Shown here: positions 41,268 to 52,247 of the stretch, piece by piece
Position numbering within the stretch: the stretch's first letter is position 1
Layout of the letters: each line of letters begins with the position of its first letter
Assembly: GCA_963803435.1 (NCBI GenBank)
Contig: CAWDML010000001.1
Coordinates: 320,001 to 384,000, forward strand
DNA: 64,000 nt
Origin: an uncultured delta proteobacterium
GTDB taxonomy: Bacteria > Myxococcota > Kuafuiibacteriia > Kuafuiibacteriales > Kuafuiibacteriaceae
Reading direction: 5' to 3'
Position numbers and translations under genes: made by a program
The notes under the pieces: model-generated
What the model saw: the letters and a program-made list of their open reading frames with translations, nothing else
Database searches by the model: none
Told to the model about the DNA's origin: nothing

Positions 41268-43318
41268 TTAGCCCGGCGCGTAGGGATCGCGGCCGGCGGC
41301 GCGCTCGTCGTCATCGTCCGTGCCGTCGTCGTCGAAGTCGGCGCGGGGCGGGAACGTCGTCCGGACCGACGGGAGCCCCTCGCGGTGCGTGCGCAGGATC
41401 TCGATCACCTGCTCGAAGGTCTCCCGGATCGGGTTCCGGATCCGCACCGAGCTCGGGAGCGGGACAAACTCGCCCTCGCGCTCGCTCGGGTAGAAGTGGC
41501 GGACGCCGGAGTCGCTGCTCCAGTTGGCGCCATGGGTGGCCGGCGCATACTGGACGACGATTCCGGTCTGACCGTCGGCGTTTCCGGACGCGGGGGAGGC
41601 GATCGCCGGCACGCCCTCGATGGGCCGGGCGTACGGCTCCAGCAATCCGAATCCTCCGGCTCGCGCGAGCGCGTCGGTCCCGACGTTCGACATGAGCTCA
41701 TCGTCCATCACCTCCAGCACCACCACGTGCCTCGGCCCGGTCCCGAGACGATCGCGGAAGTAGTGGGGCGCGTACGTCAGCGGATCCGCGGGATCGATCA
41801 GCGCTTCGACGAGCGCGACCGCTGGATGAAATCGATCGAAGTCCCCCTCGATCCCGTAGACGCTGCGGCCGAGCGGGACCAGCAGGGCGGAGAGCAGCGG
41901 AGAGGCGGGCACGATCACGTCGATGATGCCGCCGCCGCCGACGTCGAGGATGTACAGGTCGATCGCCGGCTCGACGCCGGCCAGCACACCGCCGATGATC
42001 GCGCCGAACGACTCACCCAGATAGGCGAGCCGGGAGGCGTCGAGAGGTCCCGGGACGCCCTGAACCTCACCGCTCTTCAGCGCGATCGCCAGCTGCGACA
42101 GGTCGAGAACCGATTGCCGGAAGCTGTCGCGGACGGCCGAGAGGTTGCGCAGGCCCTCGAGCAGATCGAGCGTAGAGATCGGGCCGGTGCGATCGCCGAA
42201 CCCGTCGGGCGCGTGCGCGTCTCCCGCGAAGTCCTCCGCGATCTGGGCCGTGTTGTTCTCCTCGTCCACGTCCTGCCAGCGCGCTCCGTGTCCCTCCATG
42301 TCGATCGCGACGAGCGCGTAGCCCGCCTCCGTGAGCGGCTCGGCGAAGGTGAGCATCGCGTGGCGGCTGGCACCCAAGCCGTGACCCAGGATCAGCGCCG
42401 GGTAGCCGGCGGCAGGCGCCGGGGCCCGCGGCAGGATGATCGTGACCGGGATCGACTCGCTCGCGATCGGGAGCGGTACGCCGCCCGCGTCGAGCTGGAA
42501 CGTCTCGTCGTCGGGACCATCGTCGCCGGTGTCGTCTCCGCGAAACCGGGTGCGATGAAGGACGCCCTGGACCACGGCCCCGACGTGGGCATGCGCGACC
42601 CCCGTCCGCGTCCATCCCCAGCGATCGCGCCCGGTCTCGTCGCGCTCCGGGCGTCCGAGCAGACAATCGAGCGCCGCGGTCGAGGAGAAGACCAGCGCGT
42701 CCGGGCCGACCTCGATGCGGGGCGCCGGCACCAGCGCCCGATCCTCGAGCCGCGCGCGGGCGGCCACCAGCACCTCGCTCGGCCCGCCGGTCGTGAAAAC
42801 GCACAGGGCGGCCGGCTCGCCGACCTCGGAGAGCGCCTCCGCCACCGACGCATCGACGAAGCGGGCCGCGCCAATCCTGGTGCCGTCGGCGGCGCGCACC
42901 CGGCGGGTGAGGACCGCGGCGTAGCGCGTACGCTCTCGCAGCACCGCCCCGGGGACCGGAGCGCCCTGGACGACGGAGCGCTCCGGGTTCCAGCGCCACT
43001 CCGTCGGGATCCGCTCTCCCGTCGAGAGCTCGAATCAGGAGCGCTGCGCCCGCATCGAGGGAGGACGGATCGAATCTCTCCGTCGATCGGGAACTCGATC
43101 TCCGGCCGAAGCCCGAAGCCGTCCAGGGTGGACAGGTGCCGGCGCAAGAGCTCGGTGTTGTCCGGAGCGATCGACTCCAGCCCTCGGATTCGACCGAGCC
43201 GGCCGTCGGCCTGGAGGACCGCGTCCGAGGGCATGGGCGCCTCGCCGAAGGCCGGCGGCCCCTCGCCAATCGAGCGCGGGACCGCGCTGGGCGTCGCCTC
43301 GCAGGCCAACGCCGCCAT
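41268..43318 (-). CDS. Lipoprotein alpha/beta-hydrolase (extracellular lipase-like) with N-terminal Ig-like domain; two apparent frameshifts (~43072, ~43032)
   Basis: MAALAC; PMPSD..LSTLDGFG; ILGHGLG; AIDMEGHG; YLGESFG nucleophile elbow; DPADP; both breaks are GATTC on the coding strand; true start probably further upstream, overlapping the TetR gene. Confidence 0.78.
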
Positions 43319-43896
43319 CAGAAGAGCAGCGCCCGCGCCGTACGTGCCAGAGCGTCTGCCAGCTTCCGCGATCCGAGATCGCCAAACACCACCCAGCGTT
43401 GGATCTGCATCGTCATCGCACCGACCAGCGACCATCCGAGCACCTCCACATCGACCTGCTTCAACTTTCCCTTGGCGCCCAACCGCGAGAGCTTCGACGA
43501 GACCAGCTCCGCCTGCTGCGCGAGCGCCCTGTGCAGCGTGTCGCGCACCGAGGGGATGGCAGCGCCCTCGGTGAGCGCCAGACGTGCCACCACCTTGTGG
43601 GCGGACAGCGTCCTCACCAGGCCCTTCACCGCGAGATCGATCCCCTCATCGAGGCTCCCCGCCTCGGCCGTCACCTCGGCCGCCATCCGATAGAGCTCGG
43701 CCACCAGACGTGCCACCAGCGCCTCCACGACCGCCTCGCGAGAAGGAAACCGCGCGTAGAACGCCGTGGGCGAGATCTCGGCGCGCTCGATCAGCTGGCG
43801 CAGGGAGGTCTCGCCGAACCCCTGCTCGGCGAACAGCTGCTCCGCCGCCGCCAGGATCCGCTCATTGTCGAAGGCGCGGGCTCGACCCACGCCCAT
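43318..43896 (-). CDS. TetR/AcrR family transcriptional regulator
   Basis: ILAAAEQLFAEQGFGETSLRQLIERAEISPTAFYARFPSRE HTH. Confidence 0.93.
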   Translation of the reverse strand: MGVGRARAFDNERILAAAEQLFAEQGFGETSLRQLIERAEISPTAFYARFPSREAVVEALVARLVAELYRMAAEVTAEAGSLDEGIDLAVKGLVRTLSAHKVVARLALTEGAAIPSVRDTLHRALAQQAELVSSKLSRLGAKGKLKQVDVEVLGWSLVGAMTMQIQRWVVFGDLGSRKLADALARTARALLF

Positions 43897-43928
43897 CCCT
43901 TACCAATCGGGCGTTAGAAAGACAATAG

Positions 43929-43948
43929 GATAACGAACGTTCGTTATC
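43929..43948. promoter_or_regulatory. Perfect 20-bp palindrome, probable TetR operator
   Basis: GATAACGAAC|GTTCGTTATC in an AT-rich patch ~32 bp upstream of the TetR start. Confidence 0.75.
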
Positions 43949-43954
43949 TAATAC

Positions 43955-44449
43955 CTACCTGTGGACGCACGGGCCCCACTGCGCCGCCAGGTCGGCGGCG
44001 TCGGCCGAGGTCGGCTCTGTCTTCCAGTTGCCCTTCTTCATCACCGAGGTACGGCTTACGTGGAAGAGATCGAACGCGTGCCCGAGCTCGTGCGCCAGCA
44101 CGACCGCCATCGCGTGCTCATCGTCGACCCGGCGCGCCAGCCGGACCACCTGCGCCTGGTCGTCGTACGCGCCCAGATACAGGTTGGAGTCGACGAAGAC
44201 AATCGGGAGCTCGGCCGCAGCCGGATACCGCGCGAGCGTCAAGGACGTCGAGGCGACCGCGTCCCACATCGCGACTGCGTCCGCGACGCTCGCGAGCTGT
44301 TGATCGGTGGCGTCGGCCGCCGGCGCCAGCACCAGCGGCTCGCACGCGTCGTAGACGTGGAGAAACGCTCCCGGCTTGCCGCAGGCCGCCGACGTGAGGA
44401 CGAGCGTGGCGACCAGGATTCCTCCGGCCGTCCGGTGAAAGGCGTGCAC
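43955..44449 (-). CDS. Matrixin/metzincin-like zinc metalloprotease lipoprotein
   Basis: Lipobox TSAAC; HELGHAFDLFH zinc motif; Met-turn SVM. Confidence 0.8.
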   Translation of the reverse strand: MHAFHRTAGGILVATLVLTSAACGKPGAFLHVYDACEPLVLAPAADATDQQLASVADAVAMWDAVASTSLTLARYPAAAELPIVFVDSNLYLGAYDDQAQVVRLARRVDDEHAMAVVLAHELGHAFDLFHVSRTSVMKKGNWKTEPTSADAADLAAQWGPCVHR

Positions 44450-44530
44450 GGGCGACAGAATAGGCGGGACGCCGGGCGATTCAAGTCGCGGCCCGCCCGG
44501 CGTCTCGCGATCGTACGTTCGCGCGCGCTC

Positions 44531-44887
44531 TCAGCAGTAGCTGTCGATCGCGCGCATGATCTGCTCGTAGCTGACGGGCTTCTCCAGGATCTCGGCGGCG
44601 TCGATGGTGCTGCTGCGATCGCGCCCCGCCGCGGTGACGACCACGACCGGGATGTCCGCGTAGTGATGGAGCTTCTTCTGCCGCGTGCGAAACTCCCAGC
44701 CGTCCATCACCGGCATCATCAGGTCGAGAAAGATCACGCAGGGAGTCTCGCCGCCGGTGACCAGGTGGTCGAGCGCCGCCTGGCCGTTGTCGACGCAGAT
44801 CACCTCGTAGCCCTCGACCTCGAGGATCGCGCAGAACGCGTCGCGAATGTCCGGGTCGTCATCGACGATCATGACCGTCTTCGTCAT
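44531..44887 (-). CDS. Single-domain response regulator (CheY-like)
   Basis: IVDDD; FLDLMMPVMDG; VTA; EKP. Confidence 0.93.
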   Translation of the reverse strand: MTKTVMIVDDDPDIRDAFCAILEVEGYEVICVDNGQAALDHLVTGGETPCVIFLDLMMPVMDGWEFRTRQKKLHHYADIPVVVVTAAGRDRSSTIDAAEILEKPVSYEQIMRAIDSYC

Positions 44888-47017
44888 GGCACTTCCGCTC
44901 CTACCGGAAGGTAGACCGTGAAGGTCGAGCCTTCATTGGGCTGGCTGGTCACGTCGACGGTCCCTCCATGAGCTTCGCAGATTTGGCGCACGATCCAGAG
45001 CCCCAGTCCGAGACCGCCGAGGTTGCGGGCGGCCTCCGTCCGTTCGAAGCGCTGGAAGATACGGTCGAGGTCCTCCGAGGCGACGCCGATCCCGTGGTCG
45101 CGCACCTCGATCACGGCGCGCGCTCCCTCGGTCGAGAGCCTGAGCTCGATCGGTCTGCGGGCGCCGTACTTGAGCGCGTTCTCCACCAGGTTCGTCATGA
45201 TTTGGTCGACGCGGCCCTTGTCCCATTCACCGACGACGGGCGCGCTCGCGATCAGCTGCAGCGTCGACCCGGCATGCGCCGCAGCCGTCTCGAAGCGATC
45301 GACGAGCTCCTGCGCGAGCGCGACCAGGTCGAACCGTTCACGCTGAAGGACCAGTCGGTCGTCCGCCATCCGGGAGACGTCGAGGAGCTCGCTGGCGAGC
45401 TGCGCCAACCGCTGGCTCTGCTTCCGCGCCTTCTGAAAGCGGTCGATCACCTTGTCGGGGGCCAGCTGGGCGAGCCGTCCGTCCGTCGCGTACTGGAGCA
45501 GCGCGGTGAGATGGAGCTCGAGCGTCATCAACGGCGTCCTGAGCTCGTGGGATGCGACCGAGAGGAAGTCGTCTCGCCGGGCGATCGCCTTCTGCGCCTC
45601 ACGATAGAGGCGCGCGTTCTCGATCGCGATCCCGGCGCGACGCCCCAGCTCCTCCGCGAGTGCGAGGTCGTCGGCTCGGTAACGTCGGGCCGACTCCGCA
45701 AAGACGAGCGTCATCGCGCCGAAGATCTTACCGCGGAGGTTCAAGGGCACGATCATGATGGAGCGGAGTGAGAGCTCCCGAACGAGCCGCAGGTACTCTT
45801 CGTCCCGCGCACCCGCCACCAGCATCTCGTTCGTGACCTCGGGGTAGAGCTCGGACACGCCGGTCTTGAGGACGTTTGGGACGCCCCGTGGGGCCTCCAG
45901 TTTCGGCGGATAGCGTTCGCGCAGCACCCGGGCCAGGGCGATCTTGTCGGCATCCCGGTGCGCCACCGCCACCGACCGGATCACGCCCGCCTCCAGCAGA
46001 TCGATCCCGCACCAATCCGCGAGCCCGGGCACCAGCAGATCCGCCAGCGCGCGGAGGGTCTGGTCCAGGTCGAGCGTCTCCGAGAGCGTCGAGGTGGCCT
46101 GCACCAGGAACCGCAGCGCATCCTGCTGCGAGCGCTCCGAGGTGACATCGTGCCAGATGTTGATCGCGAGCTCGGGTCGGCCGTCGACATCGAAGACAGG
46201 GCTTGCCTGCACCCGGGTCCACCACTCACGCCCCGTGCTCCGCTCCCGCACGTGCAGGGTGACGGGCTTCGGATGCTCACCGCGCAACGCCTGACGCCCC
46301 GGCAGCATGTCGAAGTTGGCCGGGCGACCGCTCTCGTCCAATACGTCGAACCTCTCGATGATCTCCGCCGAGGTTGCCGCCAGCATCGACGACGACGACT
46401 CGTAACCGCAGAGACAAGCGGCGGCGTCATTGGCGTAGATCAGCCTGCCGGAGGGGATCCTGGACGCTGATCCCGTCGCGGACGCCCTCGAGAATGACCT
46501 CGAGACGGCGAAGCAGCGCCATCTCGCGCGCGTGGCTCCGCCGGAGCTCGACCTCGGCCTCCTGGGCGGCGATACGTTCGGCCTGCGCACGGGCCAGCTC
46601 CACCTCGAGCTGCTCCGCCTTCCGACGCTCCGTCAAATCGCGCGTCACCTTGGCGAAGCCGCGCAGCGTGCCCGACGGTTCGTGCAGCGCCGTGATCACG
46701 ACGTTGGCCCAGAAGGGGGTGCCGTCCTTTCTGAGGCGCCAGCCTTCGTCCTCGAAGCGCCCGGCCCGCGCGGCCACCTCGAGCTCGTAGGCCGGCTTGC
46801 CCGTCCCGAGATCCTCGGCGGTGTAGAACTTCGAGAAGTGTTCTCCGATAATCTCGTCGGCCGAGTAGCCCTTGATGAGACGGGCACCCTGATTCCAGCT
46901 CAGGATGCGACCGTTGGGGTCCAGCATGAAGATCGCGTAGTCCTCGACGCTCTCGACCAGGATCTTGTAGTCGCTCTCCTTCAGCTCGTTGGGCGCCTCG
47001 TTCGCTCGCTGACGCAT
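44884..47017 (-). CDS. Cytoplasmic PAS-PAS-GAF sensor histidine kinase (apparent frameshift at ~46453-46459)
   Basis: PAS DYAIFMLDP.G..SWN.GA..RKDGTPFWA; GAF LADWC..DDLALAEELGRRA; ASHELRTPL; NLVENALKY; GGLGLGL; one extra base in the run beside GATC. Confidence 0.9.
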
Positions 47018-47117
47018 GATGCTGGGCCCTTTGAGGCCATAGCCGAGCCCGTCGTCTCTGGCAATCCGGGAGTCCCGCTGCATGCGGCGAAGCGAATGTA
47101 CAAAAACGTCTCGGTGC

Positions 47118-47702
47118 TCAGGCCATCCCGAAGTACGTGGGCTCGTTGCCGGGCTTCCACTTGATGTTACAGCCCATGGACGGCCTCTGGTCGTCGCTCA
47201 CGGGCGTACCGGCGAGAACTGCGTCGAGCGCCGCCCGGAGATCGCGTCCGTCGTTCGGTTGGTCGTTGCTCGGCCGCGCGGCGTCGAGCTGACCGCGGTA
47301 CACCAGCGCGCGATCCCGATCGAACACGAAGAAGTCCGGCGTACAGGCGGCGCGGTAGGCCTTCGCCACCGCCTGGGTCTCATCCGAGAGATAGGGGAAG
47401 GTGTACCCGCGGGCCTCGATCTCGCGCTTCATCGCATCCGGGCCGTCGTCCGGATACGTCTCCGCATCGTTCGAGTTGATGCCGAACACGGCGACGCCCT
47501 TGGCCTGATAGTCCCGCGCGAGCCGGGCGATCTCGCCGGCCACGTGCTTCACGTACGGGCAATGGTTGCAGATGAACATCACCAGGATCGCGTTCGACCC
47601 CGCGGCGGCGTCGAGCGAGACCATCTCGCCTCGAGCGTCCGGAAGCGAAAACTCGGGTGCTGAGGTCCCGAGCGGAAGCATGGTGCTGAGCGTTCTGACC
47701 AT
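47118..47702 (-). CDS. Thioredoxin-fold AhpC/TSA family protein
   Basis: FICNHCPYV; INSND; YPDD; FPYL.DETQ.VAKAY.AACTPDFF; YRGQLD; GCNIKW. Confidence 0.92.
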   Translation of the reverse strand: MVRTLSTMLPLGTSAPEFSLPDARGEMVSLDAAAGSNAILVMFICNHCPYVKHVAGEIARLARDYQAKGVAVFGINSNDAETYPDDGPDAMKREIEARGYTFPYLSDETQAVAKAYRAACTPDFFVFDRDRALVYRGQLDAARPSNDQPNDGRDLRAALDAVLAGTPVSDDQRPSMGCNIKWKPGNEPTYFGMA

Positions 47703-47713
47703 CTTGGTTCACC

Positions 47714-50700
47714 TCATCGCAGCGCCATCGGCCGGCGCAAGAGATACTCGTCCCACGCGAGGATCCCGAGATCCTTCGGGCTCCGGTTCCAGCGTAGCGC
47801 CTCCACCAGCGCCCGCGCGAGCTGAAGATCCGTGATCAGCGGGATCCCGGCGTCCACCGCGCGCCGGCGAATGAAGTAGCCGTCGGGTCGACCAAGCTCG
47901 TCGTACTCGCGCGGCACGTTGATCACCAGGTCGACGAGACCCTCGTCGATCGCAGCGATCGCGCCGCCGTCCGCAGGCTTCTTCGCGATGGCGGTACACT
48001 CGATCCCGACCTCGTGAAGCATCTTCGCGGTCCCCTCGGTCGCATAGATGGGGAGGCTCAGCTCCTCCGCGACCACCCGCGCCTCATCCACGAAGGAAAA
48101 CTTGTCCTCGATCGGTCCGAGCGAGAGCAGCACGCCTTTCTCGGGGAATCGAAAGCCCGCCGAGAGGAGCGCGTGGAGGAGCGCCTCGTGAGCGTCGTCC
48201 CCAAAGCATCCGACCTCGCCGGTGCTGGCCATCTCCACACCGAGCATCGGGTCGGCGCCCACCAGCCGCGAGAACGAGAACTGCGGCACCTTGGCGGCGA
48301 CGTAGTCGAGATCGAAGGCCCGGTTCCGGACCTCGTCCTGCACCCCCAGCATGCGGCGCGTCGCCTCGCGGACGAAGTTGTTGCCCGTGACCTTGGAGAC
48401 GAACGGGAAGCTGCGCGACGCCCGCAGGTTGCACTCGATCACCCGGACCCCGTTGTTCTTCGCCAGCATCTGGACGTTGAAGGGGCCGGTGATCTCGAGC
48501 GCCGACGCCAGCGCGTCCGCGATCTTCCGCGCCTTGTGGACCGTCGGGATCGAGATCGATTGCGGAGGCAGCATCAGCGTCGCGTCGCCCGAGTGGACCC
48601 CGGCGTCCTCGACGTGCTCGCTGATCGCCCACAGGATGAGCTCGCCGTGATCGGCGACCGCGTCGATCTCGATCTCGCGCGCGTGCGTCTCGAACGCCGT
48701 GATCACCACCGGGTGCTCCGGCGAGACGCGCTTGGCGCGCTCGAGGATCCGCTTCAGCTCGTGGGGCTCGTGCGCGACGCTCATGGCGGCGCCCGACAGC
48801 ACGTAGCTCGGCCGAACCAGGACCGGAAAGCCGCCCAGCTTCTCGACCAGGGCCGGACCTTCGGCGACCTCGGTCATATGCACCCACTTGGGCTGATCGA
48901 TCCCGAGGTCGTCGAGGAGCGCTGAGAACTTGCTGCGATCCTCGGCGCGGTCGATGTTCTGCGGGCTGGTCCCCAGCACCCGCACTCCGTTCTTGTGCAG
49001 CCGGATCGCCAGGTTGTTCGGGATCTGTCCGCCCATGCTGACGATGACGCCGTCGGGCTTCTCGCGCTCGTACAGCTCGAGCACCGACTCGAAGCTCACT
49101 TCGTCGAACACCAGCTTGTCGCAGACGTCGTAGTCGGTGCTCACGGTCTCGGGGTTGTAGTTGACCATGATGGTCTCGTACCCGAGCTCGGAGGCCGCCT
49201 TGGCGGCGTTGACGCAGCACCAGTCGAACTCGACGCTCGAGCCGATCCGGTAGGTGCCCGATCCCAGCACCATCACCTTCTTGCGCCAGGAGACCTCACT
49301 CTCCGACTGGGACGCGTGATAGGTCGTGTAGAGGTAGTTGGTCTCGGCGGGAAACTCCGCCGCCAGGGTGTCGATCTTCGCCAGGTGCGGATTGATGTTC
49401 ATCGCCTTGCGGGAGCGCCGGGTGGATCCGGGATCCGATCCGGTGAGCTCGTCGACGGCCTGATCCGAGAACCCGAGCTGCTTGGCGTGCCGGACGGTGG
49501 ACTCGTCCAGCGGGAAGGTGCGCCGCTTCAGCTCGCTGTGCATCTTGGCGATGTCGGCGATGTGATGGAGGAACCAGCGATCGATCCGGGTGGCCTTGTG
49601 CACCTCCTCGACCGACTCGCCGTCCCGCAGCGCGCGGCAGATCCCGAACAGCCGCAGCGGCGTCGGCTTCCGCCACGCGTCCGGGCGGGCGCCGTCCAGC
49701 AGCCTGGCGTCGGGGTCGAGGCCGCGCACGCCGATGTCGAGCATCCGCACGGCCTTCTGGATCACCTCCGCGAAGGTACGGCCGATCGCCATCACCTCGC
49801 CGACGCTCTTCATCTCCGTGCCGATCTCGGTGGAGGCGCCCTTGAACTTGGCGAGGTCCCAGCGCGGGAACTTGCACACGATGTAGTCCAGGGCCGGCTC
49901 GAAGAACGCCGTGGTCCGGCGGGTGATCCCGTTCGGGATCTCGGGGAGCGTGTAGCCGAGCGCCAGCTTCGCGGCCACGTACGCCAGCGGGTAGCCGGTC
50001 GCCTTGCTGGCCAGCGCGGACGACCTCGACAGCCGTGCGTTCACCTCGATCACGCGATAGTCGCTGGTGGCCGGATCGAGCGCGTACTGGATGTTGCATT
50101 CGCCGACGATCCCGAGGTGGCGGATCGTCTTGATCGCGATGGTGCGGAGGTCCTGGTACTCCTGGTCGCTGAGCGTCTGCGAGGGCGCCACCACCACCGA
50201 CTCGCCCGTGTGGATCCCCATCGGATCGAGGTTCTCCATGTTGCAGACGGTGATGCAGTTGTCCCGCCAGTCGCGGACGACCTCGTACTCGATCTCCTTC
50301 CAGCCTGCGAGGTACTCCTCGACCAGCACCTGCTCGTTCCCGGTGAAGGCGCGGTCGAGCGCGTCCTTCACCTCCGCCTCGGTCTTCACGACCGAGCTGC
50401 CCTGCCCGCCCAGCGAGAAGCCCGAGCGCAGCATCACCGGAAGGCCGATCTCCGCGATCGCGGCGATCGCCTGGACGGGGCTGGTACAGGCGCGGCTCTT
50501 CGCGGTCTTGACCCCGATCTCCGCGAGCCGCTCGATGAAGAGGGCGCGGTCCTCGGTGTCCCGGATCGTGGTCACCGGCGTGCCCAGCACGCGCACGCCG
50601 TACTTCTCGAGCACGCCCTGCCGATCGAGCTCGAGCCCGGCGTTGAGCGCGGTCTGACCTCCGAACGCGAGCAGGATCGCGTCGATCTCCTCCTTCACGA

Positions 50701-50941
50701 TGATGCGCTCGAGGAAGTCGGGCGTGATCGCCTGGAGGTAGATCCGATCGGCGAAGCCGGCGCTGGTCTGCACCGTCGCGATGTTGGGGTTGATGAGGAC
50801 GGTCCTGATCCCCTCCTCGGAGAGCGCCTTGATCGCCTGAGCGCCCGAGTAGTCGAACTCGCCGGCCTGACCGATCTTGAGCGCGCCCGATCCGAGGACC
50901 AGCACGCGCTTCGGCTTCTTGGGAATGTAGGCGCCGTACAT
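47714..50941 (-). CDS. carB: Carbamoyl-phosphate synthase large subunit
   Basis: LGSG..IGQAGEFDYSG.QA; GWKEIEYEV; GIHTGES; IEVNARLSRSSALASKATGYP; second ATP-grasp; MGS domain. Confidence 0.97.
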   Translation of the reverse strand: MYGAYIPKKPKRVLVLGSGALKIGQAGEFDYSGAQAIKALSEEGIRTVLINPNIATVQTSAGFADRIYLQAITPDFLERIIVKEEIDAILLAFGGQTALNAGLELDRQGVLEKYGVRVLGTPVTTIRDTEDRALFIERLAEIGVKTAKSRACTSPVQAIAAIAEIGLPVMLRSGFSLGGQGSSVVKTEAEVKDALDRAFTGNEQVLVEEYLAGWKEIEYEVVRDWRDNCITVCNMENLDPMGIHTGESVVVAPSQTLSDQEYQDLRTIAIKTIRHLGIVGECNIQYALDPATSDYRVIEVNARLSRSSALASKATGYPLAYVAAKLALGYTLPEIPNGITRRTTAFFEPALDYIVCKFPRWDLAKFKGASTEIGTEMKSVGEVMAIGRTFAEVIQKAVRMLDIGVRGLDPDARLLDGARPDAWRKPTPLRLFGICRALRDGESVEEVHKATRIDRWFLHHIADIAKMHSELKRRTFPLDESTVRHAKQLGFSDQAVDELTGSDPGSTRRSRKAMNINPHLAKIDTLAAEFPAETNYLYTTYHASQSESEVSWRKKVMVLGSGTYRIGSSVEFDWCCVNAAKAASELGYETIMVNYNPETVSTDYDVCDKLVFDEVSFESVLELYEREKPDGVIVSMGGQIPNNLAIRLHKNGVRVLGTSPQNIDRAEDRSKFSALLDDLGIDQPKWVHMTEVAEGPALVEKLGGFPVLVRPSYVLSGAAMSVAHEPHELKRILERAKRVSPEHPVVITAFETHAREIEIDAVADHGELILWAISEHVEDAGVHSGDATLMLPPQSISIPTVHKARKIADALASALEITGPFNVQMLAKNNGVRVIECNLRASRSFPFVSKVTGNNFVREATRRMLGVQDEVRNRAFDLDYVAAKVPQFSFSRLVGADPMLGVEMASTGEVGCFGDDAHEALLHALLSAGFRFPEKGVLLSLGPIEDKFSFVDEARVVAEELSLPIYATEGTAKMLHEVGIECTAIAKKPADGGAIAAIDEGLVDLVINVPREYDELGRPDGYFIRRRAVDAGIPLITDLQLARALVEALRWNRSPKDLGILAWDEYLLRRPMALR

Positions 50942-50944
50942 CGG

Positions 50945-52036
50945 CTAGCTCCTGATGGCTCCGACCAGGCGGAGGAAGTCGTCGAAGAGGAACCCCGTGT
51001 CTTCGGGGCCGGGGCTGGCCTCGGGGTGGAACTGAACGCTGAAGTACGGCTTGTTGCGGCACCGGATGCCTTCATTGGTGCCGTCGTTGAGATTCACGAA
51101 CCATTGCTCCCAGTCGCTGGGGAGCGACGCGTCCTTCACGGCGTAGCCGTGGTTCTGGCTGGTGATGTAGCAGCGCCGCGTGAGGAGATCCTGGACGGGT
51201 TGGTTCACGCCGCGGTGTCCGTACGGGAGCTTGCCCGTGTCGGCCCCGGCCGCGAGCCCGAGGATCTGATTGCCCAGACAGACGCCGAAGATCGGCCGCT
51301 CGTAACCGCCGAGCAGCACGCGAACCTTCTCGATCAGCACCGAGAGATCCTTCGGATCACCGGGGCCGTTTCCGATCAGGACCCCGTCGCAGCTCCGGGC
51401 GAGGGCGACGACGTCGGCGTGCCAGGGCGCGCGCGTCACCTTCGCGCCGCGCTCGAGGAGCGAGCGGACGAGGTTGTCCTTGGCGCCGGCGTCCACCAGC
51501 AGGATGTGCTGGTCTCCCGACCCGTGCTGAATCGGCACCTTCGGAGCGACCAGCCGGAAGACCTCCTCGGTCATCTCCACCTCGGAGGCGGCCGCCTTCG
51601 CGTCCTCGAACCGATAGTTCTCGGGGAACAGCCACCCGCGCATCGTCCCCTTCTCGCGGAGCTTCTGCGTCAGGAGCCGGGTGTCGACCCCCGTCATGGC
51701 CGGGATGTCCTCGCCCATGAGCCACTGCGCGAGCGAACGCTTGCCGAGCCAATGGCTGTGGGCGTCGACGTAGTGCTGCACGATCAGGCCCTGGACCTGG
51801 ATCCGCTCCGACTCGTACGGCCGGTCCAGCGAGCCGGGCGGCCGCGGCATCGGCACGCCGTAGTTGCCGATCAGGGGATAGGTCAAGACCAGGATCTGAC
51901 CCTTGTACGAGGGATCGGTGAGCGCCTCGATGTAACCGGTCATCCCGGTGTTGAAGACCACCTCGCCGGCCACCGGGCGCATCGCTCCAAAGCCGCGCCC
52001 ATCGAGCTCGGTCCCGTCCTCCAGCACGAGCTTCAT
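50945..52036 (-). CDS. carA: Carbamoyl-phosphate synthase small subunit
   Basis: GEVVFNTGMTGY.E.LTDPSY; NGPGDP; FGVCLGNQ; SQNHGYAV; VQFHPEA. Confidence 0.97.
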   Translation of the reverse strand: MKLVLEDGTELDGRGFGAMRPVAGEVVFNTGMTGYIEALTDPSYKGQILVLTYPLIGNYGVPMPRPPGSLDRPYESERIQVQGLIVQHYVDAHSHWLGKRSLAQWLMGEDIPAMTGVDTRLLTQKLREKGTMRGWLFPENYRFEDAKAAASEVEMTEEVFRLVAPKVPIQHGSGDQHILLVDAGAKDNLVRSLLERGAKVTRAPWHADVVALARSCDGVLIGNGPGDPKDLSVLIEKVRVLLGGYERPIFGVCLGNQILGLAAGADTGKLPYGHRGVNQPVQDLLTRRCYITSQNHGYAVKDASLPSDWEQWFVNLNDGTNEGIRCRNKPYFSVQFHPEASPGPEDTGFLFDDFLRLVGAIRS

Positions 52037-52247
52037 CGGGTCGACAGGGACACCAACCTACGAGCGGAGTCAAACGCGATCGCACCCGGTGCGTCCTGGC
52101 GCTCGGCTCGAACCCTCGCCGGCGACCCGGACGTAGCCCGTTGCCCTGCAACCCAGCTTGCATCGGCCGGAGGTCGGTGCAGCGGCGACATCGATGCAGC
52201 GTACGGATCGTCTGGACGAGCCTCTGCATGTGCCTAAGAAGCTCTCG

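Noticed and set aside
1641-46460. Programmed frameshifting or true pseudogenisation of gor, the carbamoyltransferase, the kinase and others
   Set aside because: No slippery motifs or other decay; all breaks share the GATC context, so sequencing error is more parsimonious.
2930-52237. Many long antisense or alternate-frame ORFs (e.g. 2930..5614+, 6147..8840+, 9512..12472+, 48995..52237+)
   Set aside because: They shadow well-supported genes on the other strand and lack motifs; expected in high-GC DNA with few stop codons.
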